This document shows positions 18,011-26,572 of a stretch of DNA of 55,621 bases, piece by piece. Every line of letters begins with the position of its first letter. Position 1 is the first letter of the stretch. Origin of the DNA: Candidatus Elulimicrobiales bacterium (GTDB taxonomy: Bacteria > Patescibacteriota > Minisyncoccia > Phycocordibacterales > UBA5272); the NCBI GenBank assembly GCA_034927475.1, contig JAYFPW010000006.1:75197-130817 (forward strand). Direction: 5' to 3'. The position numbers were made by a program, and so were the translations under genes. The notes under the pieces were generated by a model. That model was not told the origin of the DNA and ran no database searches. It was given only the letters and a program-made list of their open reading frames with translations.

Positions 18011-18904
18011 ATGAAAAATATTTTTACAAAAATTGTCACATTTTTTATTGTGATAGCAATAGTGGCTATAGGTTTAAAGGTTAGCGATAATCTTTTAGCT
18101 TTAGCAAATGCATCTACAAGCACTGCTTGTGGAGTTAATAATGGTTGGATTTGGAATGGTACACAATGTGTAAATACTTGTGACGCAAATCATCCTTGGG
18201 ATCCGTACAACAAAAGATGTTCCGGAGTTGGTTATTATTCTAATACAAACTATCAATATGGTACAAATACAAGCTGTGCTGCATATGGAAGTAATTTTTA
18301 CTTCAACGGTTCAGCTTGTGTAGAAAGAACAGTGAGAGAGAATGCTAACTATTATAGTAACCCATTTAACGGCTCTACTACTGTACCAGTTTATGGAAAT
18401 TATAATTATAATTACAACTACAATTATAATTACAATACTTATACTCAAAACCAAAATTCTGGTTATACTTACACCTATCCAACTTCAAATCCAAATCAAT
18501 ATGTAAATAGTAATACCTACTATACTAATTATAGTAATACTCCTAAAGTAAATGAAAGTATTATTTATTACAATACTTATACTAATAATAATTACAATTC
18601 AAACGATGCTCACAATGCAATTCGTAACGATGCTAATAAATATGTAGGCAGAAAAAATATTGATTATTATATTTATACTATCACTACTACTACTTCCCAA
18701 CCACAAGGCACTCCGATTTATTTAGGTTCAAACAATAAATATAATTATTACAATAACTATAATAACAGCTATAATAATTCAGATTGGTATTCATATAGTT
18801 ACGATTATAATTATTCATATAATGGTTATAACAACTATAATAATTACGGAAACGATTGGTATTCTATCGGATACTACGACATTTACGGAAATTATAGATA
18901 TTAA
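18011..18904 (+). CDS. Secreted or anchored Asn/Tyr-rich low-complexity protein with an N-terminal Cys module
   Basis: Signal/anchor helix (IVTFFIVIAIVAIGL), a 4-Cys W-N-G module, then long N/Y/T-rich sequence including NYNYNYNYNYNYN. Confidence 0.6.
   Translation: MKNIFTKIVTFFIVIAIVAIGLKVSDNLLALANASTSTACGVNNGWIWNGTQCVNTCDANHPWDPYNKRCSGVGYYSNTNYQYGTNTSCAAYGSNFYFNGSACVERTVRENANYYSNPFNGSTTVPVYGNYNYNYNYNYNYNTYTQNQNSGYTYTYPTSNPNQYVNSNTYYTNYSNTPKVNESIIYYNTYTNNNYNSNDAHNAIRNDANKYVGRKNIDYYIYTITTTTSQPQGTPIYLGSNNKYNYYNNYNNSYNNSDWYSYSYDYNYSYNGYNNYNNYGNDWYSIGYYDIYGNYRY
18398..18436 (+). repeat. In-frame (AAY-TAY)n hexanucleotide repeat encoding (NY)6N
   Basis: Read directly: aat tat aat tat aat tac aac tac aat tat aat tac aat. 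Confidence 0.85.
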
Positions 18905-18913
18905 TTTTTACTC

Positions 18914-18950
18914 AAAATCGCTCACACAAAAAGTGTGGGTGATTTTTTTG
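18914..18950 (+). terminator. Rho-independent terminator
   Basis: Stem of about 10 bp, tcgctcacac / gtgtgggtga, followed by ttttttt. Confidence 0.8.
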
Positions 18951-18957
18951 TTATAAT
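18949..18957 (+). promoter_or_regulatory. Extended -10 element TGTTATAAT
   Basis: Lies 14 nt upstream of ATG 18972. Confidence 0.45.
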
Positions 18958-18971
18958 GTTTATATAATTTT

Positions 18972-21749
18972 ATGCCTAATAATTTAGAAAATTCTCCAAA
19001 CTATAGTGATCTAAAATTTTCTTCTCCAGAAGAGGAGTTGAAATTTTTAAGAGAAGAAGTTGGTCGTCGACAAGAGATTTCAAAAAATTTTGAAGGAAGA
19101 ATCACTAAAGAAGATAATGCGAAAGATGTCGTCAGAGAATATATACAAAATACTCCACAAAGTGTTTTACCTCACGGCTATGAACTTCGGGCTACCGAGC
19201 AGAAAAAGCTTTTAGAAATTCTTAAACCAAAAGATACAGATGGAAAAGTTTCAGAACTTATTTCTATTATGCTCGACAAAGGTTTACATACTTCTATAAA
19301 TTTAGTTCGCGATTTAAAAGACAAAGAAGTTAGTGACGACTTTCATAGATTTTTAGTTAACTTCCTAACTACTCCTTACGATGAAAAAATCACTAGAGGT
19401 TTAGATAAGGCACATTGGAAGGCTTTGAATATGAAGCTTTACGAGCTTATTCTTCCAGAAAAATCTAGAGAAGATGGAAAATCTGTTAAAGAGTTTATAG
19501 TTTTCATGGAGCAGTTTTATGCTGCTATGCTAGCTATCACTAGCGATACTAAAAATAAAGAGAACGATTATTATTCTTTGGAAATTGCTAAACCAAACGA
19601 TTCCAATGAAATAATTTTTTTTGTTTCCGTCTCTAAAGAAAGAGCTGATCTTTTTGAAAAAACTATTTTTGCTCTTTTCCCAGATATTATAGTTAGACAT
19701 TCAGTAGAAGATTATAATATTTTTTCTCACGCAGGTTTTCCTGTTGCCGCCTACGCCACTTCGCTAAAAACTCCAGCTCTACCAATTCGTACTTATGAAA
19801 AAATTGAAGGCGACCCAATATCGCTCATTATGTCGGCTTTCACCAAGCTTCAAAAAAATGGAGAAGCTGCTAGTATGCAGATTTTGGTGCGTCCAGCTGG
19901 GGAAGAGTTTATAAAAAAATATACTTCTATTTTAGAAGAAATACGAAAAGGGGAAACTTTAAAAAGAATTGTAGCCAGAGACTCTTTTGTGAAAGATTTT
20001 ATGCTGACTTTAAAGGAAATGAAAAAGTCTGAAGAAGAATTAAAAAAAGATAAAGAGAAACCGAAAAAAATGGAAGACGAAAAAGCTTTAGAACATATAG
20101 CTTATAAATTAAGCTCCACTATAGTCGATACAAATATCAGAATTTTAGCTAATGCAGACACTTTGCCTAGAGCGAAATCTATTTTGCATGAAGTAGCTTC
20201 CACTTTTATTCAGTACACAGAAGTAGATGGTAACTCTCTACAGTTTAAAATGTTAGAAGGAAATAGGTTAAATGAAGAAATAAATAATTTTATTTATAGG
20301 CTTTGGACTTCTAGTGAATCTTTACCTTTAAACTTAAAAGAGTTAGCGACTTTGTATCATATACCCGGTTATGTTAAAAACTTTTCTCAATTAAAAAAGA
20401 CAGACGCAGCGACAGCTGCAGCTCCGATGGATTTACCACAAGAAGGCCTCTTTTTAGGTTTCAATGAATACAGACATTTAAAAACTAAAATATTTATCCC
20501 AGAAAAAGACAGATTAAGGCATGTCTATGTTATCGGACAAACTGGAACCGGTAAATCTGTGATGCTCAAGAACATGATTTTACAAGACATTATCGAAGGA
20601 CGAGGTTGTTGTTTTATTGATCCACACGGAGAAGATATTCAAGATATTTTGGGAAATATTCCACAAGAAAGATGGAAAGATGTAATTTATTTTGACCCGG
20701 CAGACACTTCGATGCCAATGGGCTTAAATATGCTTGAGTTTGATCCATCTAAACCAGAGCAAAAAACTTTTGTTATTAATGAACTCTTTTCTATTTTTAA
20801 AAAACTTTTTGCCGAAAGTTCTCCAGAATCTATGGGTCCAGCTTTTGAGCAATATTTTAGAAATTCAGCTGGGCTTGTAATGGAGCATCCAGAATCTGGA
20901 TGTACTTTGCTCGATATTTCTCGCGTACTTTCCGATGAAGATTATCGTAATTATAAATTAGCTCATTCTAAAAATCCTCTCATTAATCAATTCTTTAAAA
21001 ATGCTTTAGCGACTACTGGAGAAAGTGGTTTTGAAAACTATGTTCCATATATTACAAACAAATTTGATGTCTTTGTGGCCAATGAAATAATGCGCCCAAT
21101 TATCGCACAAGAGAAATCTTCTTTTGACATTGCTAATATTATGGATACTCAAAAAATCTTTTTAGTAAATCTCTCTAAAGGTAGATTGGGTGATATGAAT
21201 GCAAATCTTATAGGTCTTATTTTGGTAGGTAAGTTTTTGATGGCAGCTTTAGGAAGAGAGAATCCAGAATCTAAACCTCCTTTCTATTTATATTTAGACG
21301 AATTCCAAAATATTTCCACCCCTTCTATTTCGGCTATTCTTTCTGAAGCGAGAAAATATAAACTCTCTTTAAATGTGGCTCATCAATATATTGGTCAGCT
21401 TTCGGATTCTATTAAAGCTGCCATCTTTGGAAATGTGGGAAGTAAAATAATTTTCCGTGTTTCAGAAGAAGACGCAAAATATTTAGAAGCGAGTCTCGCT
21501 CCGACTTTCTCGGCGGCGGATATTATGAAGATTGAAAATCACAATGCTTACGTTTCTCTTCTTATAAATGGTTACCCTCAAAAACCATTTAACATAGTAG
21601 AAAAATATTTCTTAAATTATAATTCTTATTTCTCCCCAAGAGGTGATAAAGAAGTTATTGAAACTTTGAAGCGAATATCTAAAGAAACTTATGGTCGTCC
21701 AAGAGCTAAAGTCGAAGAAGAGATTATGAAGAAATTTAATTTTACTTAA
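18972..21749 (+). CDS. TraD/VirD4-like (FtsK/HerA superfamily) P-loop ATPase with a large N-terminal domain of unknown function
   Basis: Walker A VIGQTGTGKSVMLKN. Walker B-like FYLYLDEFQN followed by LSEARKYKLSLNVAHQYIGQL...IFGNVGSKIIFRV, typical of the C-terminal module of type IV coupling proteins. No TM helix is apparent. Confidence 0.65.
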   Translation: MPNNLENSPNYSDLKFSSPEEELKFLREEVGRRQEISKNFEGRITKEDNAKDVVREYIQNTPQSVLPHGYELRATEQKKLLEILKPKDTDGKVSELISIMLDKGLHTSINLVRDLKDKEVSDDFHRFLVNFLTTPYDEKITRGLDKAHWKALNMKLYELILPEKSREDGKSVKEFIVFMEQFYAAMLAITSDTKNKENDYYSLEIAKPNDSNEIIFFVSVSKERADLFEKTIFALFPDIIVRHSVEDYNIFSHAGFPVAAYATSLKTPALPIRTYEKIEGDPISLIMSAFTKLQKNGEAASMQILVRPAGEEFIKKYTSILEEIRKGETLKRIVARDSFVKDFMLTLKEMKKSEEELKKDKEKPKKMEDEKALEHIAYKLSSTIVDTNIRILANADTLPRAKSILHEVASTFIQYTEVDGNSLQFKMLEGNRLNEEINNFIYRLWTSSESLPLNLKELATLYHIPGYVKNFSQLKKTDAATAAAPMDLPQEGLFLGFNEYRHLKTKIFIPEKDRLRHVYVIGQTGTGKSVMLKNMILQDIIEGRGCCFIDPHGEDIQDILGNIPQERWKDVIYFDPADTSMPMGLNMLEFDPSKPEQKTFVINELFSIFKKLFAESSPESMGPAFEQYFRNSAGLVMEHPESGCTLLDISRVLSDEDYRNYKLAHSKNPLINQFFKNALATTGESGFENYVPYITNKFDVFVANEIMRPIIAQEKSSFDIANIMDTQKIFLVNLSKGRLGDMNANLIGLILVGKFLMAALGRENPESKPPFYLYLDEFQNISTPSISAILSEARKYKLSLNVAHQYIGQLSDSIKAAIFGNVGSKIIFRVSEEDAKYLEASLAPTFSAADIMKIENHNAYVSLLINGYPQKPFNIVEKYFLNYNSYFSPRGDKEVIETLKRISKETYGRPRAKVEEEIMKKFNFT

Positions 21750-21752
21750 TAT

Positions 21753-21778
21753 AAAAACCGACCTTAGAGTCGGTTTTT
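21753..21778. terminator. Bidirectional terminator between the convergent ATPase gene and efp
   Basis: Hairpin aaaaaccgac / gtcggttttt, with A-runs and T-runs on both sides. Confidence 0.8.
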
Positions 21779-21793
21779 ATATTATTTTTTAAA

Positions 21794-22384
21794 TTATTTA
21801 CTTGCCCTTTCTACATATTCTCCTGTTTCTGTATTTATGACAATCTCGTCTCCTTCTTCTACAAAGAGGGGAGCGGTGACTTGCGCGCCAGTTTCGAGAG
21901 TCACCAGTTTACCACTACTATTTCCAGCTGTATTTCCTTTTACGTTTGGAGGAGCGGAAGTAACTTTCAAAGTAATTTTAATCGGCAAATCAATTCCAAT
22001 AATAGATTCTTCATCGTCGTCATTGGTGTAGATTTTGGCATCGACTAAATTATTTTCTTTTAAAAATTTATTTTGACTACCTATCACATCTACCGCAATC
22101 GTAAATCTTTTTGATGGATCTTTTTCTTCACAGAACCAAAACTCTCCTTTATTAGAATATAAATATTTAATAGTTCTCTTAGAAATATCTGCTTCATCGA
22201 CAGTTTCAGAGGCGTGAAAAGTCGCCGGGATAACTTTGTTGTTTATAAGGTTACGAAGCTTTACTTGATTCTGAGGTTTTCTTTGTTGGGTTCTGGCCAC
22301 ATGATATTCCAAAACCTCGTAAGGCTCATCACTGTAGATAATATATTTTCTTGGTTTGATTTCATTGTATTCTAGTTTTGCCAT
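21794..22384 (-). CDS. efp: Elongation factor P
   Basis: KLRNL, YLYSN..., VTSAPPNVKGNTA..GKLVTLETGAQVTAPLFVEEGDEIVINTETGEY. Overall colinear with bacterial EF-P. Confidence 0.92.
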   Translation of the reverse strand: MAKLEYNEIKPRKYIIYSDEPYEVLEYHVARTQQRKPQNQVKLRNLINNKVIPATFHASETVDEADISKRTIKYLYSNKGEFWFCEEKDPSKRFTIAVDVIGSQNKFLKENNLVDAKIYTNDDDEESIIGIDLPIKITLKVTSAPPNVKGNTAGNSSGKLVTLETGAQVTAPLFVEEGDEIVINTETGEYVERASK

Positions 22385-22460
22385 AGTTGTATTTTTTATT
22401 AATGAAAATTTTTAAAAAGTTTTTTATACGTTAAAGAGTTTAACATAAAAGTTATTTTTA

Positions 22461-22492
22461 TAAAAATAAAAAAGGCGGTAAAGACCGCCTTT
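22461..22492 (-). terminator. Minus-strand intrinsic terminator located upstream of the efp start codon
   Basis: On the minus strand: aaaggcgg tctTTA ccgccttt followed by ttttatttttat. Confidence 0.6.
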
Positions 22493-22610
22493 CTCTTTCT
22501 CAGATTTTGGTTAAATAGACTAATTCTTTTACTTCTCGTTATGGTTTTTTTAAAGTTTAATATTAGTCTTTTGTTGTCAAAAGAAAAAAAGATCACCTAA
22601 AACTGATGAT

Positions 22611-22639
22611 AATTTAACACAATATCTTAAATAATGCAA
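22611..22639 (-). promoter_or_regulatory. Candidate minus-strand promoter reading toward efp
   Basis: On the minus strand: TTGCAT, 17-nt spacer, TAAATT, with TG at the extended -10 position. Confidence 0.4.
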
Positions 22640-22708
22640 GTCTTAAAAATTAACCCTCTTAACACAAAATAAGCTTAGAATTAAGCCTTATTTAATAAGC
22701 TTTTAACC

Positions 22709-22737
22709 TTGACAAAAGCTTGTATTTTTGCTATAAT
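22709..22737 (+). promoter_or_regulatory. Consensus sigma70 promoter of the 529-aa surface protein gene
   Basis: TTGACA, 17-nt spacer, TATAAT, with TG at the extended -10 position (TGCTATAAT). Confidence 0.7.
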
Positions 22738-22800
22738 TTAGTCAGTTTAAAAAATATGTACTTTTGTAAATAAAATATAAACAATAAAAATATTACAGTC

Positions 22801-24390
22801 ATGAAAAAAAGTTTTTTTAAGTTATTTTTAGCACTTATTGTGTTAGTTTTAACCGCTGTTTCCTGCGAAAAGGAAGTAATCTATATTGATCGGGAAACAG
22901 GTCAACAAGTTGACGCTACCGATGGTCGGACTACTCAAACCAATTTGAGTAAAGATATTATGCAGCCGTCACTCACTCCAGCTTCCAATTCTTATTGGAT
23001 TAAAGCTGGCGAGTCCAGAAAGACTGCCAACGCTACAGTTGCCAACATTTCCAAAACTTCAGCCAGAACTGTAAACCTCGAATTTACATTTAAAGGTGCC
23101 GGAGCGGGAGCTGTAGATTCTATCTCTTATGGGATAGATCAGATTATTGGCGCTCCGCTTACGAAAGTAGCGGTAGTAGATAATAGATTTGTGATAAATG
23201 GGACTAGCGTTCCAGCGAACACTTATCTGAATTTTTCTATCTACTATAAGATAAAAAATTCAATTCCAAGTGAAATCGTAGAAGGGTCACAAATCGTTCT
23301 CGCTATGACAGGATTTTCAACCGATGAAACAAAGGTAACTTTACCAATGTCGGGGACTTTACCAAAGGATATTCTTTTGGATAAAGTTTCTTTAGTTGGA
23401 AACAATCCAAATCCAAACCCTGATCCAGATCCTAATCCAAACGCAAAAGCGAGCATCTGGTTTTCAGAACCGGTGGTAACTTATGGAAATCATTTAAAAA
23501 TTATTGGTAATGCAGTTAGCAATGAGCTGACCATATCTATCAATAATTTAGCTAGCAGTGAAAAAACTTTATCTTCCTTAGTCGCCGATTTCGGTGCTGG
23601 AAGTAAAGCAGTAAAAATGCTTCGTTATTCTCTAAACGGAAGTGATTGGAACATTATCAAAGCTTCCGCTGATGGAAAAATTATTTTTGAGAATTTAAAG
23701 CTGAAAGCTGGAGAAAATATTTTAAAAACTTTCTTCTCTCTCAAACCACAGGTTGGTGTTGCAGACAATACAAACCTTTCTTTCTCTTTCACTTCTTTAA
23801 ATGATGGAGAAGGAGGAGAGTTACCAACAACTGGGAAATTTGCTTCGGCGGTGAATGTGGGGGCGGTTTCTACAAAAACTCCAACGGTTTTTGTAAATAA
23901 CATCCACGCCCATTTGAGGGATATACCTTTATCTCTTGCCAAAGACGCCACCGGAACCACTACGGTAAATTGGATTCAGTTTCAATTAAGTGGTCCGGTT
24001 CCAGCCCGTTTGGTTTCGGCCAAGTTTAAAAATCCCTATACTTCTTTTAATGGAGTTTCAGGAAATGATTTTAAACTCACTTCCGAATGGAAGACAGTTT
24101 TGAATAATGGAGTTGCGCAAAATTTCGAAGTTTCTAATGCTAATAGTGAAACTTTCACTGTAAGTTTTTCGAACCTCGGAATTCCAACTGGTAGTGGATG
24201 GCAGATGTTGGATATTCTTGCTGGATATAAAAACAATGGCAACCCTTTCAATTCCGGAGTATATACTTCTGGAAAATATGGGGTTCAACTAACAGGATCA
24301 AAATATGACTTAGTCTTTCATAACTCAGACGGACAAGTCATAGACCTTTCTGAGCTGTCCGTCTTTCAAGACGGTCAGGCTATAAACTAA
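22801..24390 (+). CDS. Putative lipoprotein or surface protein (529 aa) with an NP/DP-rich linker
   Basis: Signal peptide with a lipobox-like LTAVSC, and an NPNPNPDPDPNPN linker. The N-terminal domain is paralogous to the middle of the next gene. Confidence 0.6.
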   Translation: MKKSFFKLFLALIVLVLTAVSCEKEVIYIDRETGQQVDATDGRTTQTNLSKDIMQPSLTPASNSYWIKAGESRKTANATVANISKTSARTVNLEFTFKGAGAGAVDSISYGIDQIIGAPLTKVAVVDNRFVINGTSVPANTYLNFSIYYKIKNSIPSEIVEGSQIVLAMTGFSTDETKVTLPMSGTLPKDILLDKVSLVGNNPNPNPDPDPNPNAKASIWFSEPVVTYGNHLKIIGNAVSNELTISINNLASSEKTLSSLVADFGAGSKAVKMLRYSLNGSDWNIIKASADGKIIFENLKLKAGENILKTFFSLKPQVGVADNTNLSFSFTSLNDGEGGELPTTGKFASAVNVGAVSTKTPTVFVNNIHAHLRDIPLSLAKDATGTTTVNWIQFQLSGPVPARLVSAKFKNPYTSFNGVSGNDFKLTSEWKTVLNNGVAQNFEVSNANSETFTVSFSNLGIPTGSGWQMLDILAGYKNNGNPFNSGVYTSGKYGVQLTGSKYDLVFHNSDGQVIDLSELSVFQDGQAIN

Positions 24391-24410
24391 ATTCTTATTG
24401 TTTAATTTTA

Positions 24411-24447
24411 AAATAATCGCCCTCAAATAGAGGGCGATTTTTGTTTT
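24411..24447 (+). terminator. Rho-independent terminator
   Basis: Hairpin atcgccct / agggcgat followed by ttttgtttt. Confidence 0.8.
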
Positions 24448-24465
24448 GTATAAAAACTTCCAACC

Positions 24466-24494
24466 TTGACAAAAACCCTTATTTTTGCTATACT
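24466..24494 (+). promoter_or_regulatory. Promoter of the FN3-containing surface protein gene
   Basis: TTGACA, 17-nt spacer, TATACT, with TG at the extended -10 position. 28 of 33 nt match the 22706-22738 promoter. Confidence 0.65.
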
Positions 24495-24703
24495 TATAGT
24501 AGTTAAAATGGGTTTATAATATAATTAAATAGTTTAAAAAATAGTTGGTCGCTCTTTGTAAAAGTCTTTATTGTTTTATCTGATAAAATAATAAAGTGAA
24601 TAAAAAGCTAAACAAACAACAATCCGCCTCCACTCTAGCTTCGGCGCGACGAGGAAAAACAACAGGAAAAATAAATCAAAAAACAAATAAAAACTTACCG
24701 AAG

Positions 24704-26509
24704 ATGAAAACAAAAAAATTCTTTTATTTGTTGCTGGTAGGCATAGCCATGCTGGCAATATTTCTCAATTGCTCTTGCGACAGAGAGGAGCCCGATGTGG
24801 TAGCGCCTAGCGCACCTTCCGGGTTGACAGCAAGCACTTCTACCAACTCTGTGATTTTGTCTTGGACAGCTTCTACAGATAATGTGGGAGTGGCAGGATA
24901 TAAGATTTTCAGAGATAATAAAGAAGTTGGAAAAAGTATAAGCACTACTTATACTGATGTAAATTTAATTTCCAATACATCTTACACTTACACAGTGAAG
25001 GCGTTTGATGCGGTTGGAAATTCTTCTTCAGCTTCACAAGCTTATACTGTGAAGACTGCTGACGATTGTCCGACTTGCTCTAAGTGGCTAGTTGAGACAC
25101 CGACTTTTGTTTCACCGAGCAATCTGAATGTGATTATTTCTGGTGAAAGTAAATCAGCTGGTACGCTTACTCTCAAAAATGCTGACAATCTGAATCACTC
25201 GGCCAATCTCACTCTCACTTTTAGTGGGGCAGGAGCTAGCGCAGTAGATTCTCTTGTTTACAAAATAGAGAGTACTTCTTTTCGTAAAAAAGTAGAAAAT
25301 GGTGTTGTGGTTTTAGAGAAAGTTTCAGTGCCAGCTAAAGGTTCTGTAACTATAGAATTGACTTACAAAATAAAATCTCCTATTCCAAATGGTATAGCCG
25401 ATCAAAGTCAAATCTCTTTAGCTCTCACCAGTCTAACTACTGATGAAACTGGAGTGATTCAACCAGGAAGTAAAGCTTTTCCTGCGATAGTGAATTTGGA
25501 TAAAATAAAAGTCTATACTGCACAGATTGATCCTTCTAAAAGCTATGAAGCTTCAGCGGAAGCTGAAGATAAAATACTTTTTGGAAATTCTGTTGCTAAA
25601 GCTTTTGTTTTAGAAGTCACTACACCTGGGACTATCCGCTTGGAAGTGATTGGTAAAATGAATGATGGCTCTTCAGCTGTTAAATATTTTTGGATAAACG
25701 GTAAAGATGATACAGACTTTTATACTTCTGTTTCTACTTTAAAACCAATTTATCCAAAAACTAATTTTGACGACAAGACTTATGTGGAAGTATCCCTCAA
25801 AGCTGGCACCAATGTCATAGCTTTTAAAGCTAATTCTTTTTCTGGAAAAATTGCCGACGACTCAAAAGTTGGTCTCAAAGTTTCTGGCTCAGGATTTTCA
25901 TTCTCTAATGATTCATATTCTGCCAATTCGTCGGCTGCCAATGTGGCAGCTAGGGTAAAAGTCTGGTCTTCATGGGCTTACAATTTTTGGGTACCCGCTA
26001 AGACAGAGGGTATAGATTTTCCTTTTTCCAATTGGAGATTAACTCCTTTAGATGAAAATGGAAATTACGATGGAACTCTTTATCCTAAAATTGAGAAAAT
26101 GGCTGTGGACACTAGATATTGGACTACAAATTATCCAAATCTTGTGTTTACAAAGAACGTAGACACTCCTATTGGTTTTGAAGAAGATTTTAGAATGTTG
26201 GGAGGAAATTTTGCAAATAATATAAATGAGCAAGGTTTTGGTACAATCTTTGATAAAGATTTGGCAAATAACATTGTCAAATATGAAGATAACATTCTTT
26301 ATTTTTCTGGTCCCGCCATTCAAACTATTGGGTACAATAATTATGCTCATATGCAAACCAGGGTTAATTTATATAATACTAGTGATACTCAGATTAAAGC
26401 TGTAGCAGTAGGTTTTGAGCCGTATTCTAAAGGTTGGAAATTCATAGGCAATCCTGAAATTGAGCTCTGGACACATCCTGAAGAAAATACTTCTGTAAGA
26501 GTTCAATAA
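24704..26509 (+). CDS. Surface protein or lipoprotein with a fibronectin type III domain; a GTG at 24596 is an alternative start
   Basis: MKTKKFFYLLLVGIAMLAIFLNCSC signal/lipobox. The FN3 signature is PSAPSGLTAS...VILSWTASTDNVGVAGYKIF...YTYTVKAFDAVGNSS. A domain follows that is shared with the 22801 gene. Confidence 0.65.
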   Translation: MKTKKFFYLLLVGIAMLAIFLNCSCDREEPDVVAPSAPSGLTASTSTNSVILSWTASTDNVGVAGYKIFRDNKEVGKSISTTYTDVNLISNTSYTYTVKAFDAVGNSSSASQAYTVKTADDCPTCSKWLVETPTFVSPSNLNVIISGESKSAGTLTLKNADNLNHSANLTLTFSGAGASAVDSLVYKIESTSFRKKVENGVVVLEKVSVPAKGSVTIELTYKIKSPIPNGIADQSQISLALTSLTTDETGVIQPGSKAFPAIVNLDKIKVYTAQIDPSKSYEASAEAEDKILFGNSVAKAFVLEVTTPGTIRLEVIGKMNDGSSAVKYFWINGKDDTDFYTSVSTLKPIYPKTNFDDKTYVEVSLKAGTNVIAFKANSFSGKIADDSKVGLKVSGSGFSFSNDSYSANSSAANVAARVKVWSSWAYNFWVPAKTEGIDFPFSNWRLTPLDENGNYDGTLYPKIEKMAVDTRYWTTNYPNLVFTKNVDTPIGFEEDFRMLGGNFANNINEQGFGTIFDKDLANNIVKYEDNILYFSGPAIQTIGYNNYAHMQTRVNLYNTSDTQIKAVAVGFEPYSKGWKFIGNPEIELWTHPEENTSVRVQ

Positions 26510-26526
26510 TTGTTTAATTTTTTATT

Positions 26527-26558
26527 AAAAAACTGCCTTAAAAGTAGGCAGTTTTTTT
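26527..26558 (+). terminator. Rho-independent terminator
   Basis: Hairpin ctgcct / aggcag followed by ttttttt. Confidence 0.8.
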
Positions 26559-26572
26559 CTTAACAAAATCAT

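Noticed and set aside
18398-18436. Short tandem repeats here and the repeats at 29038-31100, considered as a possible CRISPR array or non-coding satellite.
   Set aside because: All of them are in frame inside long ORFs and encode recognisable peptide repeats. There is no repeat-spacer architecture anywhere in the window.
22399-22596. A 65-aa minus-strand ORF (GTG start) upstream of efp.
   Set aside because: It runs straight through a strong terminator hairpin and has low-complexity K/F-rich content typical of AT-rich non-coding DNA. I retain it only as part of the leader observation.
24596-24703. A GC-rich patch (ccgcctccactctagcttcggcgcgacgagg, about 24624-24654) upstream of the FN3 protein's signal peptide. 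It could be a structured 5' UTR element or a 36-aa N-terminal extension from GTG 24596.
   Set aside because: Only a short GC(UUCG)GC hairpin and a 4-bp outer pairing can be drawn, which is not convincing as a riboswitch. I cannot decide between UTR and coding extension from the sequence alone.
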